DNA of 63,438 nucleotides, the filler included, from Choristocarpus tenellus KU-1152 (lineage: Eukaryota > Protista > Phaeophyceae), in the NCBI GenBank assembly GCA_964200185.2. It is 12 parts of 12 records of this genome, joined end to end, with 100 filler letters (N's around TTAATTAATTAA, not from the genome) between each part and the next. Parts side by side here need not be neighbours in the genome. Positions count along the whole stretch, not along the records: positions 1 to 2,509 come from CAXNAD020027215.1; positions 2,610 to 6,943 come from CAXNAD020015070.1; positions 7,044 to 16,107 come from CAXNAD020004031.1; 9 more parts are not named here. One strand, 5' to 3'. The number at the start of each line of letters is the position of its first letter. Within the stretch, counting starts at the first letter, position 1. A program made the translations under genes and the position numbers. The notes below the pieces were generated by a model. It saw only the letters and a program-made list of their open reading frames with translations. It was not told where the DNA came from and made no database searches. Below, piece after piece: positions 1 through 12,316 of this stretch.

Positions 1-28
1 CCTCCCCGCCCCCCCTACAGCTTCTCAC

Positions 29-949
29 CTGGAGCCCATCAGCACGTTGACAGAGCAACTCCAGCTGTGATGCGAGACTGTCCCTTGTCTTTCTTAGGTC
101 GCGAGAGGCGTTTTGTACTGCTTGTGCTGCCTCCATCTGGTGCTCGTGTACCTCCTTTAGGGTCTGGAGTCTGGCCATGGACTGAGTGAGTAGGGCAAAG
201 AAGAAGAATAGCAAGAATAGCACAGACAACGTAGGAACACAATGAAATAAAATAAAATAAAATAAACAAGAGAGAGAGTTGTTTCGGGTGGGGGAAGGAG
301 GAAAGACAGAGCAAGGCAGAAGAAACTTCTTTTTCTTTTGTTACAAAATAATAATGAAGTGGTCTAAGACAGTCTCTCTCTTGTGGGTTGGAAAAAACAA
401 ACACCTAGTTCCTAACCCTAACCCTGACCAGTCGCAGTCAGAGCTAACTATTGATTTTATACACCTAGAATTAATACAATTTTTTCTTGAAGAAGGATGT
501 TTTATTTATTTATTATGGACCTGACCCGAACCAGTAATAATAATAATAAAATGCACTATTACTATCGGTTTATTGTTATTATTATTATTATTGTTGTTGT
601 TACACGCGGGTGTGCCGACACCTCAAGTTCGAGCTTGTGGACTGCCTGACCCAAGTCATTTGATTGACCAAGAAACTCTTCCACTACCGTTTGTATGTAC
701 CTACCCCCTTGGGGGAGATATTCAAAGCCTCTCTATACATTGAAGCAGGTCAACAATCCTTGTTTCATCTGTCTTAACCCCTGCCAGTGCCAATGCTGAG
801 CCAAAGCGATGCGCAATAGAGAGGGGATATACACATATATTGATATACATACATTGAAGAGTGGTGCTGTTTTTCAAGAGACCCTCTGACGTTAACAGTA
901 AAATATGTGTGTGAGTGTGAGTGTGAGTGTGAGTGTGAGTGTGAGTGTG

Positions 950-982
<33 letters not shown>

Positions 983-1118
983 TTTTTGGAGAAATACAGT
1001 CCCTCGCCTGTGAAGTGCACTTTGTCCTTGTCGTGAGTGGATTATTTTTGATTAGATTCACTTTTGAGTAGGTTCAGCTCGCAGAAGAAAGTTACATATC
1101 CCTATCGACACCCCTTTT

Positions 1119-1150
<32 letters not shown>

Positions 1151-1660
1151 CACAGTCTCTTTTCAACCAAGCAGTTGAGATAACCCTAACCCTAACCCTT
1201 CTTGGGTATGTACTTTTAGTACTCACTACTGCATAATAAATATTGGTAGGATCGCTTTCCATGGTGTTTGTACCTGTATTGACACTGCAAAACAAACACC
1301 ACACATTGTTTGCTGTCAAACGAAAACCTAACTCTAATCCTAAAAAATCACTCTCCCCCCCTGACAGACAAGCAAGCACAAATCCGCCCTCCTAGAACAA
1401 GGGTTTGGTCCACAACACAATTATTTTTTAATATATATATTTCCCAGTATACCATTCAGGCACCCTTCTACTAACACTGGAAAAAAAAAATTGCTCTAAA
1501 AAACCCCAACACAGATGCAAAAGTAGATAATTTTTGTCCAATCAACATCCAGGACACACTTCAAAACTCAAACCACCCTTTCGTCTTCTTCCCACCAAAC
1601 TGAGCAGCCATTCTTTTTCAAACTCTCATTCAAATTCAACACTACAATTCACAAAAAAAA

Positions 1661-1691
<31 letters not shown>

Positions 1692-2130
1692 ACCCCCCAC
1701 ACCCCCCACAACCCTCCCCCACCCCTCCTTCTGTCTCGCCGNNNNNNNNNNCTATCCAACACACCAACACAAAAAAAAACAAAAACAAAAAAAAAAAAAA
1801 ACCCCCCCCCCCCCCCCCCCCCCAACAAAAAAGAAAAAGAAAAAGAACAGTGAGAGTGATTGAGTGAGAAAAAGAGATAGATAGATAGATAGAGAGATCA
1901 CCTACCTTAACCCTAAGCCTCTCAAGCGCTACTGTACCATCCTCCCCAAGAATGCGCTCGCTCTCCGCCACCAGAGCACCAACAGCCTCCTCACTCAGAT
2001 CCCTCAGACAAGCACCCGAGGGAATGGCCCCTTGAGTCCCGCTCAACACCACCAGCCCTCCCCGAAGCGCTCTCCCCACGGACTCCATCGCCTTTTCCAC
2101 AGTGCCCTGAACACGGACCGCATGGTGCAC
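29..2130 (-). CDS. Multi-exon coiled-coil hypothetical protein (partial)
   Basis: GT-AG bounded open exons at ~2130-1905 (…AVGALVAESERILGEDGTVALERLRVK), 700-622 (YIQTVVEEFLGQSNDLGQAVHKLELE) and 181-29 (SMARLQTLKEVHEHQMEAAQAVQNASRDLRKTRDSLASQLELLCQRADGLQ, heptad-like). Intermediate exons are uncertain. Confidence 0.55.
907..981. repeat. (GAGTGT)n/(GT)n microsatellite
   Basis: Directly visible. Confidence 0.95.
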
Positions 2131-2509
2131 GAATCATGTTCGTGTCTGCCCTGTGTACGTCTGTGTGGGTTGCATGGGTTTCCCAACTCTACTGCAGGCG
2201 ATTTGTTCTCTTCCGACCCCACGTCTCTCTTTCTCGCCCCCGGCGCTTTTGCTTTGTCACCCGGAGGTGAACAAACCGACGGTTCTTTATTTGGGTTAGG
2301 GTTAGGGTTATAGGATCTCAAGATCAATCCGCAAAAAGCTTTTTTTTTTTCCACGCGTGCGTTTCATTGACATCGACTATTTCCAATCTTTTATTTATTT
2401 AAATAATAACTAAAACAAATACAAAATGTCATTTAAAAAAATCAGAGTTCCCCCCCCCCCCCCCCCCCCCCCCCGGTTTGCTCGGGGTACACCCAACCCC
2501 CGGAGGGTG

Positions 2510-2609
2510 NNNNNNNNNNNNNNNNNNNNNNNNNNNNNNNNNNNNNNNNNNNNTTAATTAATTAANNNNNNNNNNNNNNNNNNNNNNNNNNNNNNNNNNN
2601 NNNNNNNNN
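2510..2609. other. Artificial contig linker (first of 11)
   Basis: N-run + TTAATTAATTAA (stops in all six frames) + N-run. It recurs at about 6944-7043, 16108-16207, 18716-18815, 22637-22736, 26783-26882, 31256-31355, 44274-44373, 48069-48168, 57278-57377 and 59927-60026. Confidence 0.98.
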
Positions 2610-2714
2610 TGGGCCGAACGTGTCGGTTTTGAAATTTCAAAAAAAAAAAACGTTGTTTGACCGAAACGGCCCCCCCCTCCCACCCCCCCCCCCCCCCCCA
2701 AGATACTTTGACCC
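2610..2714. mobile_element. Right part of poly-C/G Sola2-like MITE (family B), cut by contig start
   Basis: Matches 46240-46341 (TGTCGG.TTTGAAAT…GTTGTTTGACCGAAACGG…C-run) and ends AGATACTTTGACCC. Confidence 0.75.
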
Positions 2715-3450
2715 TACTGCCACTTGAGTAGATACTAGAGTGATTTATCACATTGCACATGTAATTTACAGATGGAAGAAGCATACGAGAAAACCATCAT
2801 TCAAGGTGTACCTGAGTGGCAGTATAATCAGGGCTAGAGACAATGGGGGAGAGTTGAGTGGGTATGCACTAGTGCTGCTTGCAATATTTGTATATACCAT
2901 GAGGGGAAGATTCATTGTTGATGCGCATATTGTAGGACACTTGAGTTGATTGACCTTAATAAGGTAGTATAATGGTAGGTAGAGTAGACTCATTATGTGT
3001 GTGTAGACTCCTGGTTAACTCAAGCACAGCGGAACCTATGCACAACAAGTCAGTACTGTTGTGAAATCATTCGGGAACCCTGACTTCATACTCTTTAGTT
3101 TTCTGATTTGTTATTTCTTCCTAACATCTTCACCAGCAGCTCTTCATCACAAATACTGATGTGGGCATGGTCAGCGCAGTGGAAGATGGGATCCCACAGA
3201 TGACCCATTTGTACTGTTTGTGGCATATGATGAAGAACCCTAAGAAGAATTGCCAAGACTCTAATCATTAGAACAATGAACATAATTTCATACCTTGCTT
3301 GTTCAAGAGCCGTGTGCCTGAAAATGTGAAGCTTTTTCTTGTTGGGTTTTTTGGGGATTGTCTTTTGATTTTCTTTGGGTGACCCTTGTCACTTGTCACC
3401 TACACTACAAACGATTCTGGTACTGATGACATGAAGAGTGTCAATTTGAC

Positions 3451-4430
3451 TTGGAGGGGAGGAGGAAGGGACTCATAACTCCCATCAACCTTTTAAAGCA
3501 TGACCTTTCATCGCCAATCTCAACATCCTTTCTTCTCATCATCCCTGCACCTATTGCTTTGAAGTCTTTTTATGCACGTGTGGAGAATGTCAATACAATC
3601 GTTTGTGGTACTGCATGTGAGAAGTACAAAAGTGAGACCATGGATGTTAATGCTGGAAGACTTTCAAATACACGCACCTACCTTCACCTAACTCATGCCA
3701 GTTAAGATAGACGGTCGTACATGCATGCCAAGCGTGATAGTCACCTTTTCACTTTTGAAGAGGAGGAAAGTCACACGATAGCACCATGCGGCGAAAGATA
3801 CATTGTTACGGACAAACATCTCTTACCTGGTCATGTCCCTCTCCTCCTCCTGTTCAAACTCAACTAGGAGGGTCAGGGTCTATTATCATTCCGACCCCAA
3901 ACAGCCGCTAAACATCATCATTCAACCCTTGAAGAGTCACAGCCGCATCGGGGTTCAAATCATCGCAGATTATATACGCATTTTTCTGATTCGAATAGGA
4001 GGTAAGTCGCACTATTCGAAATGCTATTCTTCACTGCGTCATGCCGCTTTTCTCCTCGTTGAATGACAACTACAACAAAACCAACTCCGAGGGTGGTGGT
4101 CCAACATTCTGACCCCGACAACCACTACACGTCATGAGTCCAGCCTGGGAGAGTCACAGCGGCGCAAGGTTCAAATCCCAAGGGAGTGGAGAGGGGACAG
4201 ATATCCATGGATTTTGAAGCTCAATGAAGTGTTCAGGAGGAGCGAACTGTCGGTAAAGCGCTCCAGGGAAGCGCAACCAAAAACAGGTACTGAAATTGAT
4301 AAGTCTATGTATCTTTACATCCCTCTCATAATATCCTGTCGGTACTTTACCACAAAGATACGGAAAAAACCTGACACAGATCAACGTGGAGACTTCTGGG
4401 TGGATCCATCAGCAGGAGGTCTGAGGGAGG
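3451..4430 (+). mobile_element. Degenerate Ty1/copia RT-RNaseH remnant with polypurine tract
   Basis: LLRTNISYLVMSLSSSCSN resembles copia RPDI.YAV..LS...S.P, and LYIPLIISCRYFTTKI resembles L.YIP....AD.LTK.L. Purine tract GAGGGAGG is followed by TG at 4431 (possible 3' LTR start). Many stops. Confidence 0.5.
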
Positions 4431-4678
4431 TGATGGACTGACAAGCAGTGGAGTGCTGAACCCAACATATATATGAGAAGCAACGTAGGAACGGAGGCAG
4501 TACAATAATTAATAACCATAGTATAACAGCAGTGGTTTTCAATATTCAGTTGTTAGTAGTTAGGATGAGAAGTAGTGTAGTGTGTATTACCTCTGTGGAC
4601 TTGCCAGGATGCTTCATTAATGCTGTTCCTGTCTGTTGTTGTAATGGATGATGATAATAATAATATAATTTAATACTA

Positions 4679-6325
4679 CCTCTGTGCCGTAAGTTTGTGC
4701 CGCGAAACATCTGGGCTCGCCGAGCGAGAACGGCACCAAATCGGACGATAACCCCAAACAATGAAATCGGGTTGGCAATCTCAGCTTTCAGAAAAGGTGG
4801 AGGTCGAGGATCATCAGGTACAAACTCGAGGTGCAAGCCGTCAAAGTAGGGGTCTTTGGGGTGGTTTTGAGATCAGAACTGGGCACGTCAAGGGTCAGAA
4901 CATCGGCATGGCAACGACCCCATCGACCCCCCAGTGTAGGAAGGGTGCTCAAGTGTCCCTGGATACCAGGGTTACGCTTGTAGTGCGGCATGCCCTCGCA
5001 GCAGAGTTTGGAGTGTCCAAGCGTTACATGCGAGGGCTCTGGGAGAACGTCGCCGATCATCTCGCCCGTGGCCACACGCTTGACCTAGGGGTGACGGCAC
5101 GTAGTGGGCAGCCTTCGGAGCTCACACCAACCAAGATGGCTGCAATACATAGTATCAACTCCGATAATCGGTCATCCACAGTGCATCAGATGACAATGAA
5201 GATGACCACCAAGGGGCTGAACTATAGCACGAGCACCATAAACAGGTGATTGGATGATATGGGTGCCATGACGAATCGCCACTGGATCAAACCCAAGCAT
5301 AAATCGTGGCAAAAGGTATGGAGAATGGACTTTGTTTGCGATCAAGTGGACTGGAAACGTGGTGTGTACGCCTCCATGGCGAACACAACCCATGTGTGGA
5401 TGAAACCTGGTTTTACGTGATGGCTGATGGGGAAAGGGTTAGGGTATTTCTGCATGAGGATGATAGTGACCTTCCAGGGTCCCCTATTGTGCAGCACAAG
5501 AGTCATACCCCCAAAACCATGATCATTGCAGCCAATGCCCGCCCAGATTCGGCTCACAGCTTTGATGGAAATATTGATGTTTGGCGTGTGTGTGCGCCAA
5601 AAACGGCAGACAGGACAAGCAAGAACCATAAAAAGGGGGATGTGTATGAGTAGGACTGTACTTTAGACAATTTGTGGCACAGGAAGTGGTACACGTAGGA
5701 GTTACTGCCTGCAATCAGGACCAAGATGCCTTGGTTGCAGAGGAAGCACGTTGTCGTTCAGCAAGATGGTGCCACCCCCGACACGGGCAAGGGCAACTCA
5801 GAAATCTTGTCAGGGGCAACGAATACTGAGGGATAGACGATTAGGCTTGTGTCGCAGTCATATAACTCCCCCGACCTCAATATCATGGACCAGTGCTTCT
5901 TCAGATCTTTGAAATTATATGCCGGGTGATGGGGGAGCGGTTTGGGTGTGTCGAGGAGATAGATGGTGAAGGTCATTAAGAAACAGTATGAGGAGTATGA
6001 TGAACCACACTTGAGGGAGCTTGGCAGCTCCTTTTTGTGGTGTACAATCAAGTACTTAGATACAAAGAGGGGAATGACTTCAGTGTGGAGCACACAGGGG
6101 TAAGGAAGGGGCAGTTGTCTGGTGAGCTTGAAAACACGCCGAAGGTAGACATGGAGACTTTATCTGTGGTTGATAAAATTGTGATGGATGGGGAGTAATA
6201 ATAATAACAAGAGCTGACTCTAACCAGAACTTCGTCAAGGATTCCAAATCTTCTGGTGGTTCAGAAATGAATTTCATCATCTTCAAAAGTTATGGACAAC
6301 GCGGCACAGACTTATGGCACGGAGG
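4679..6325 (+). mobile_element. Tc1/mariner DNA transposon, plant-mariner (DD39D-group)-like, full length but decayed
   Basis: Left TIR CCTCTGTGCCGTAAGTTTGTGCCGCG (4679-4704) matches the right TIR (6300-6325) at 23/26. TA dinucleotides flank it at 4677-4678 and 6326-6327. An internal transposase remnant is present. Confidence 0.93.
4908..6140 (+). pseudogene. Mariner-type DDD transposase pseudogene
   Basis: Motifs WIKP, VDETWFY, VQHKSHTPKTM, FDGNIDVW, RTSKNHKKG, VVQQDGATP and QSYNSPDLNIMDQCFFRSLK. Contains in-frame stops (e.g. 5651, 5834) and frameshifts. Confidence 0.92.
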
Positions 6326-7043
6326 TAGAAAAATAAGATAATTAATACTAATAAGATATCCTCCTGCTCCTTACTTCATTACTATTGTTTTCTTCAATCT
6401 CCTCCCCCATTCCATTTATCGATGTTTCATGGATGGTCGAACTCCTGCATTGTTGTGGACAGTATAAGGGGTGTCTTATTCCAAAAGAGCTGAGTATTTC
6501 GTGGCGACAACAGATGTTGGTTATTATATACAGTAGTAAATAGGTGGATAAGCGTGGAACGGGAATGATTTTTATAGGAGTACAATTTTGAACAAGATTG
6601 ACGTATTTTGGTAGTGACCGCTGTGCAATATAGGCTGGTAGTCAATATGGTTTGTAAGTGTTTAGTGACCGTTACTAGACAACAGAATTGTTGACTAAGT
6701 AGAGGAATAGGCTCGAATAGTTTGTTTTCTTGTGCTTAGAGTAGTAGGTTCGAGTCTCGGATGATTGACTTCTTACTACTTGATGTAAATGATTGACGGA
6801 GAATTTCTGACGCAGTACAAGTTACACAGGTAAAGTGACATAGTACGACCAACGTAAGGATATATTGTTGATGTGTCTGCTGACGTGTGCAATAAGATAA
6901 TAAGAGAGAGCACCCCCCACCTCAAGGGATAGTGCCACCCTGCNNNNNNNNNNNNNNNNNNNNNNNNNNNNNNNNNNNNNNNNNNNNTTAATTAATTAAN
7001 NNNNNNNNNNNNNNNNNNNNNNNNNNNNNNNNNNNNNNNNNNN

Positions 7044-7071
7044 CCCCCCACCCTCCCAGATACTTTGGGTC
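7044..7071. mobile_element. Terminus of poly-C Sola2-like MITE at contig start
   Basis: C-run followed by AGATACTTTGGGTC. Confidence 0.55.
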
Positions 7072-7559
7072 TCCTGGGAGCTGCAATTTGGACAGCTAAG
7101 CTATCTGCACCGCCACCTCCATCCCTCAGATCTGGCACACCTCCCTCAACTTGACCTTCAGCGGACACCTTGGACATTTTCCTGAGTCTCGCCCCTACTT
7201 TATGTAGCTAGCAATGCTGCTGTTGTGACAGCGGGGTCGAAATCAGTAACTGTGTCGTAGGTCCTCATCTTGTTCCCAAATAGAAAAAAAGAAATATATC
7301 TCTCACCAAGGAGGCGCATATTGGATATTATTGTATCTTTATGGGTCAGCCATGTGAATGTTAATTCATTGGTCCAACCCATTCGCACTCTCACACTGAT
7401 AGTCACACAACTACAGGCCATAAACCATCTACTACCACCGTATCCAAAAATAGTCTCTAATCCATTTGTGGAAAAAAACTCAAGTCATATTGTCACACTA
7501 CTTCAACACACCATGATGGGATGTCAAATACTGGGTACTACTACTAACAATACTAGAAA

Positions 7560-7960
7560 TGATGACCAGTTTTTTTATGTACCAAAGAAAAGTATCAATA
7601 TTAAGAGAAACAGATTAATCTTGCGCCAAACCAGCAAAGAAATATTGCCCACCTCACGTACATGTCTTACCTACAGTCCCTGTGCAACCTGATCCGCTCA
7701 CAGCTTCTTGTCAAAAAAGCATACCACATTGAATATTATGCCCTCCTCCTGTTGCCATTCTTTGGCGTTACTATATTTTAAGAGGTCAGGACCCATAGGA
7801 ACCCCATTTAAAACCCACACCATCTTCGATCCTGACTATGATATTAGCAGGCCGTTAAACCTTGAGCAAATGTACACTTCGGTCCATACCAATGGGACAA
7901 CTAAAGTGCATCAAAGAGTATTTATGAGCTTTCTTCTCACAGAGTTCTTGGTGTCTTTAA
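7560..7960 (-). mobile_element. Possible piggyBac-like transposase remnant
   Basis: Minus-strand GGGHNIQCGMLF*QEAVSGSGCTGTV loosely resembles piggyBac G..I..DNFF…GTV. Very decayed. Confidence 0.25.
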
Positions 7961-10900
7961 TGAGGTGCACAGTACTGTCTCAACCAAAGAAGCAATCCCC
8001 CCAGAGGCAACACCTAAGACTTGAGGTAGGTGGAAACATAATGTACAAAAGCTCCAAAATCGAGACAGCAAGAATTTACAACTTAAACCGCCTGTACCAA
8101 GGCAGATGAAGTGTGCACTAAATGCAACAAATACTAACACAACATTGATGACAGGGCGGGACAATCTGAGAAACAATTATGGTCAGGCAGGTGCCCAAAC
8201 TAAAGATTCATAATTCGGCCTTTCCTCACTGACAAGACATCAAAAAACATTTACGAACAGTTCAAAAGCAAGTCTGTACTTCTGATCACCAACTAGCTCT
8301 TGTGTCATCTATCCACTGATGGAGGGTAAGATGCCAAGCATAACCCTCCTCTTTATACTACCATTACAAAGAAAACCTCTACATACCAATACAAATGGCA
8401 TCATCATGAAACAGCAAACGATTGACAACACATAGGAGCCATTGACCAAGCAGCAAGCGACATAGCCTAATTCCACTCACAAGACACCAATGAGCCACAA
8501 TAAAAAAGCATCCAGGTGAAGAAAACTACGTCAAAAATAAGCTACATGAAGCATAGTTTCCACCACTAATTACATACAAATAACAAGAGTCAACGCAGTA
8601 GGCAAATCAAATGCAGGACCAGACAGGTTGCGAGGATGCAACACATCTCTTGTGAAAGGCCATACAATGTGCCATAAACACAGACACACAGACGCAAAAA
8701 ATTCCTGCAAGTGGTCACTCTCCTCAACATAGACAAGAGTCCCCTCTCTCCATGCTGGTGGTTATGATGGCCTACGGTAGAAACATAACCTATTGACATC
8801 TTTGCACAAAATATATGCAAAGAAGGGCCTGTAAAAATCACAAACAAATTAAACCCATTAACTTCTCAACAATCCATCCCCCCGTCTGCCCACCACAACC
8901 ACAAGATCAAAAACCTCAAATTCTATCTCCCCACTCCTACCCAAGACTCGAGAATCCATCAAACGAAACGACGTAGGAAAACCAGGTCAGGGGATACCAA
9001 ATCAAACTTCCATTCTTCACCTATCCTCTCTCTCTCCCCCCCCCCCTCCCTTCTCACAATTCTCCCAAGAGAGCACCAGCACCTGGTGAATGAGATAATG
9101 AGAACGGAACCAGAAAAAGGTCGATTTGGGGTCATCAGAGGGCCTTCGTGTGTGTAGCATGGGTGGGATGGAGGTCATAGGGTTAGACTTCTCCCTGCAT
9201 AATGTTCATGATGGAATGGACACTGACATAGACGGATCCGAAGGTACTCGAATAGAGACCCTTGCTAAGGTACTTTACACCACTTCAGAACCAAGGTGAT
9301 AACAAAGGCAGCAACAAACCTCCTTGACCTCGCCAATTCAATCTCGGTCATTTGGACCATCCACCTCCTTCCTCTGCCCTCCCCTTCCCAACAAACCTCA
9401 GCAATTCGAGGGTGTCTATCTCACCGCCTACCGCCTACCGCCTCCAGCCTCAACACCAAACAAACAAGCAGGGAAACAGGGAAAAGAGAATCCCTTACAC
9501 GCACATGCAACAACTCCATGGCACTCAGCTTGAACCCCTCAGTTCAAAGCAAGACAAAGAACCAAATCATCAATATGTGAAGACTGTGCTTTAACCATCC
9601 CAACTCACCTCATCAAAACAACCAGAGCTGCGAGTCAAACATTGCTAAGTTTGGATGTCCACAAACGGGAAAATGCGGGGGGGGCAGCAGGCACAAGCGA
9701 CAGGAAATGTGGGCCCTCGTTTGCTTGCCCTGACATGCTCCCCTCCTCCGGCCCCCAACACCCCTCCTTCTGCTTATGTGCAACTATGAGCTGTTGCAAT
9801 GGAGTAAGCAACCCGGAAGACAAAACATAAGGATTCAACTCTTGCGAAAAGTAGGGGGGGTAGGCGAATCGGAAAAAACATGTATCAATTTGTTCTCAAG
9901 GAATCACACTGATGCGGGGGAAGGGGGTGATGGGGGGTGCACACACAGCAACGACTGTTGAAAAATATAAATATACGGCTAGGGTTATGGCTTTAAGAGA
10001 TTTTTGCAGGTTGAATGCATCCTGCTGACAGAATGCGACTTATGGCATCAAGCTTGTGCTATTGATGTACTTGTATAGCCCAAAAAAGTTGCTTTCTGAA
10101 TGAGATTGCAAGCAAAAGTCGATTGTCACACTAATCCTTGTTGCCCCCTTCACGGCCTTTGATGGTCAGTTGCATGGGGTGAAGGTTAGGAACAGGAAGC
10201 ACATCAAGGGAATGGAATGTACTGTACAGCAGGGATGAAAATTGGGTGACGGTTTAGGCGGCGATAGGGTATATAAACTACAAAAGAAACTGAAAACAGT
10301 ATGATAGGTTGGTTACCTTGTACTGTCAGTGTTAAACTTTACACCATCATACCAACCTGTTGACCCCCTTACATGAAATGTCAGTAACAATCTCCGATTT
10401 TTTGGTAAAATCAGGGCCCCACAGCATATGGGAGTCGAATCTGCTATATACCTACTTCAGGGAAGAGAACTTCACCTACTCCTTAGATGCTCAACAAACA
10501 ATGGGAAAGGAAGGACCCTTTCATTCCGACACAACTTTCCATGCTAATGAGTGAGTAGCACAACCATGGGCGGAAAGAGGGGTCCATTTTGGACAAAGAC
10601 ACCACAGCTGAGGTAGCTGAGTCTGGAAAGCTTTTATATGGACTGGTTGGGTTTGCTGAAGGGCCTTGCACACTACAAATGCCTCCGTGTACGCACTTTT
10701 AATAGAAATGTTAACGCTTATATTTTGTTCACATTAGTCTGAGGGAACCAAGGTCTGCACATAATAATTTTAAACCCTTTAAGACTTAGATACATAATTT
10801 GTGGATTCAGAGTGTAGAGTTTGTAAGGCCATTCTAAAACACAAAAGGCACATATCTTCGAGATCTCCAGGATACAAGATTTATACTTACAATTAGCGTC

Positions 10901-11824
10901 GTGAATTGAACTGATTTGATTGCTACAATTTGAATAGATCAGAGATTATCGACATACAAAATCAAACGAGTAGATTTGATTGGTTATTTTATTGTGCGTG
11001 TACAAGCTACATACCCTGCTCGAATTTCTTGAGGTGTTCAAGGTTTAGCTTGCCTCACTTCATGCTCTGCACACACAGTTCTAATCAAGAATCAGTAGTA
11101 TAAAACCTTTCTATTGACAACACTAAATATTCCTAGATTTATTCTCACAATATATATATACACGCGAAAACCATTCTTATCTGTACTGATATGATACGCA
11201 TATCCTGACACCCTGATACCAGTGGTCTGATTTTATACAGGAAAGACAGGAAGATTTAGCAACAGCTCGAGAGCAGGACAGTACAGGTCTCACAAGCAGG
11301 ATTTCAACATCTATGAGTGTGGGAGGATGTTCTAAGCCCACCAAAGTAATTTCAGGCAGGGTTGGTTGGATATCGGAGAAAATGTAATGACAATCCACTG
11401 CAATATTGTCCAATATGACCAATTATCGTGATGAAGAAATCAGCAGTCAGCAGGACACTTTGTAATGGTATGCACCAACTCAATCAATAAGGACACAATG
11501 AACACAGCATTGTACTGTGCCATAAACGGATCCTTTCACCCTGAACCCTAACCCCTGAGTCATAACATTTGCAAAGTTGATTTGAGGTTACAAAACAAAA
11601 AGAGAGAGGACTATCATCGGAAGTAGGTAATAAAGTGAAAATTCCTAATTAAGCCGAGTATGTGGGCACAGCTGTTAGGAGGAAGAATGTCCCTTCAAAA
11701 TATTGCGTGAAGAAATGTTTGCAGCAAAACAAAGAAGAGATGGGAGTGCGACTTCAACAGGATCTCCTTCAATCAAATAAAATTAAAAATAAATACTATT
11801 TGCTTGCAACATGGTTCCACCCAG

Positions 11825-11855
<31 letters not shown>

Positions 11856-12316
11856 TCTTTAATATTTTCAACTGGAATGTCTAATCTCCCACCCAACGTT
11901 TTAACTAACAAACTTCTAAAAATAGTTAACAACCTCAATATAAAATATTGAGCACAAAGCCTTGGAGAACTAGAAACTGACACTCCCCCCATTTTCCGAA
12001 TTGATTAATTGTATGGGTCTGATGATACAAACAAAAGGTACAGTGAACCGAAAAACAAGGAAAAATCAATTGCAAACAAACAAGCTCTTCAATTACACAA
12101 AATAGCAAGACAAGGCATCCACCTGCCTGCCCATACATTGCTTCTACCATTTCTATGGTTACAATATGTGTCCACCTACTCCTCATCTGAGTTCCCCCCA
12201 CCTCTCAGTATACTCTATATATCAAAGAAATGCAAAAACACTACAACACATCTCAATGTCACACCATCTCTCACCTACCATGACCGTCCCCACTTCTTAC
12301 ATAGCCATTCCCCTAC

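Noticed and set aside
2554-2565. Recurrent TTAATTAATTAA as a biological repeat or TSD
   Set aside because: Always embedded in identical N-runs, so it is an artificial concatenation linker.
6700-6770. tRNA or tRNA-derived SINE (GGTTCGAGTC B-box)
   Set aside because: No cloverleaf can be formed and there is no second copy in the window.
9268-9415. Final exon giving a tubby/LURP-like C-terminal helix to the giant-exon gene
   Set aside because: The phase fits, but the acceptor lacks a pyrimidine tract and another frame is equally plausible.
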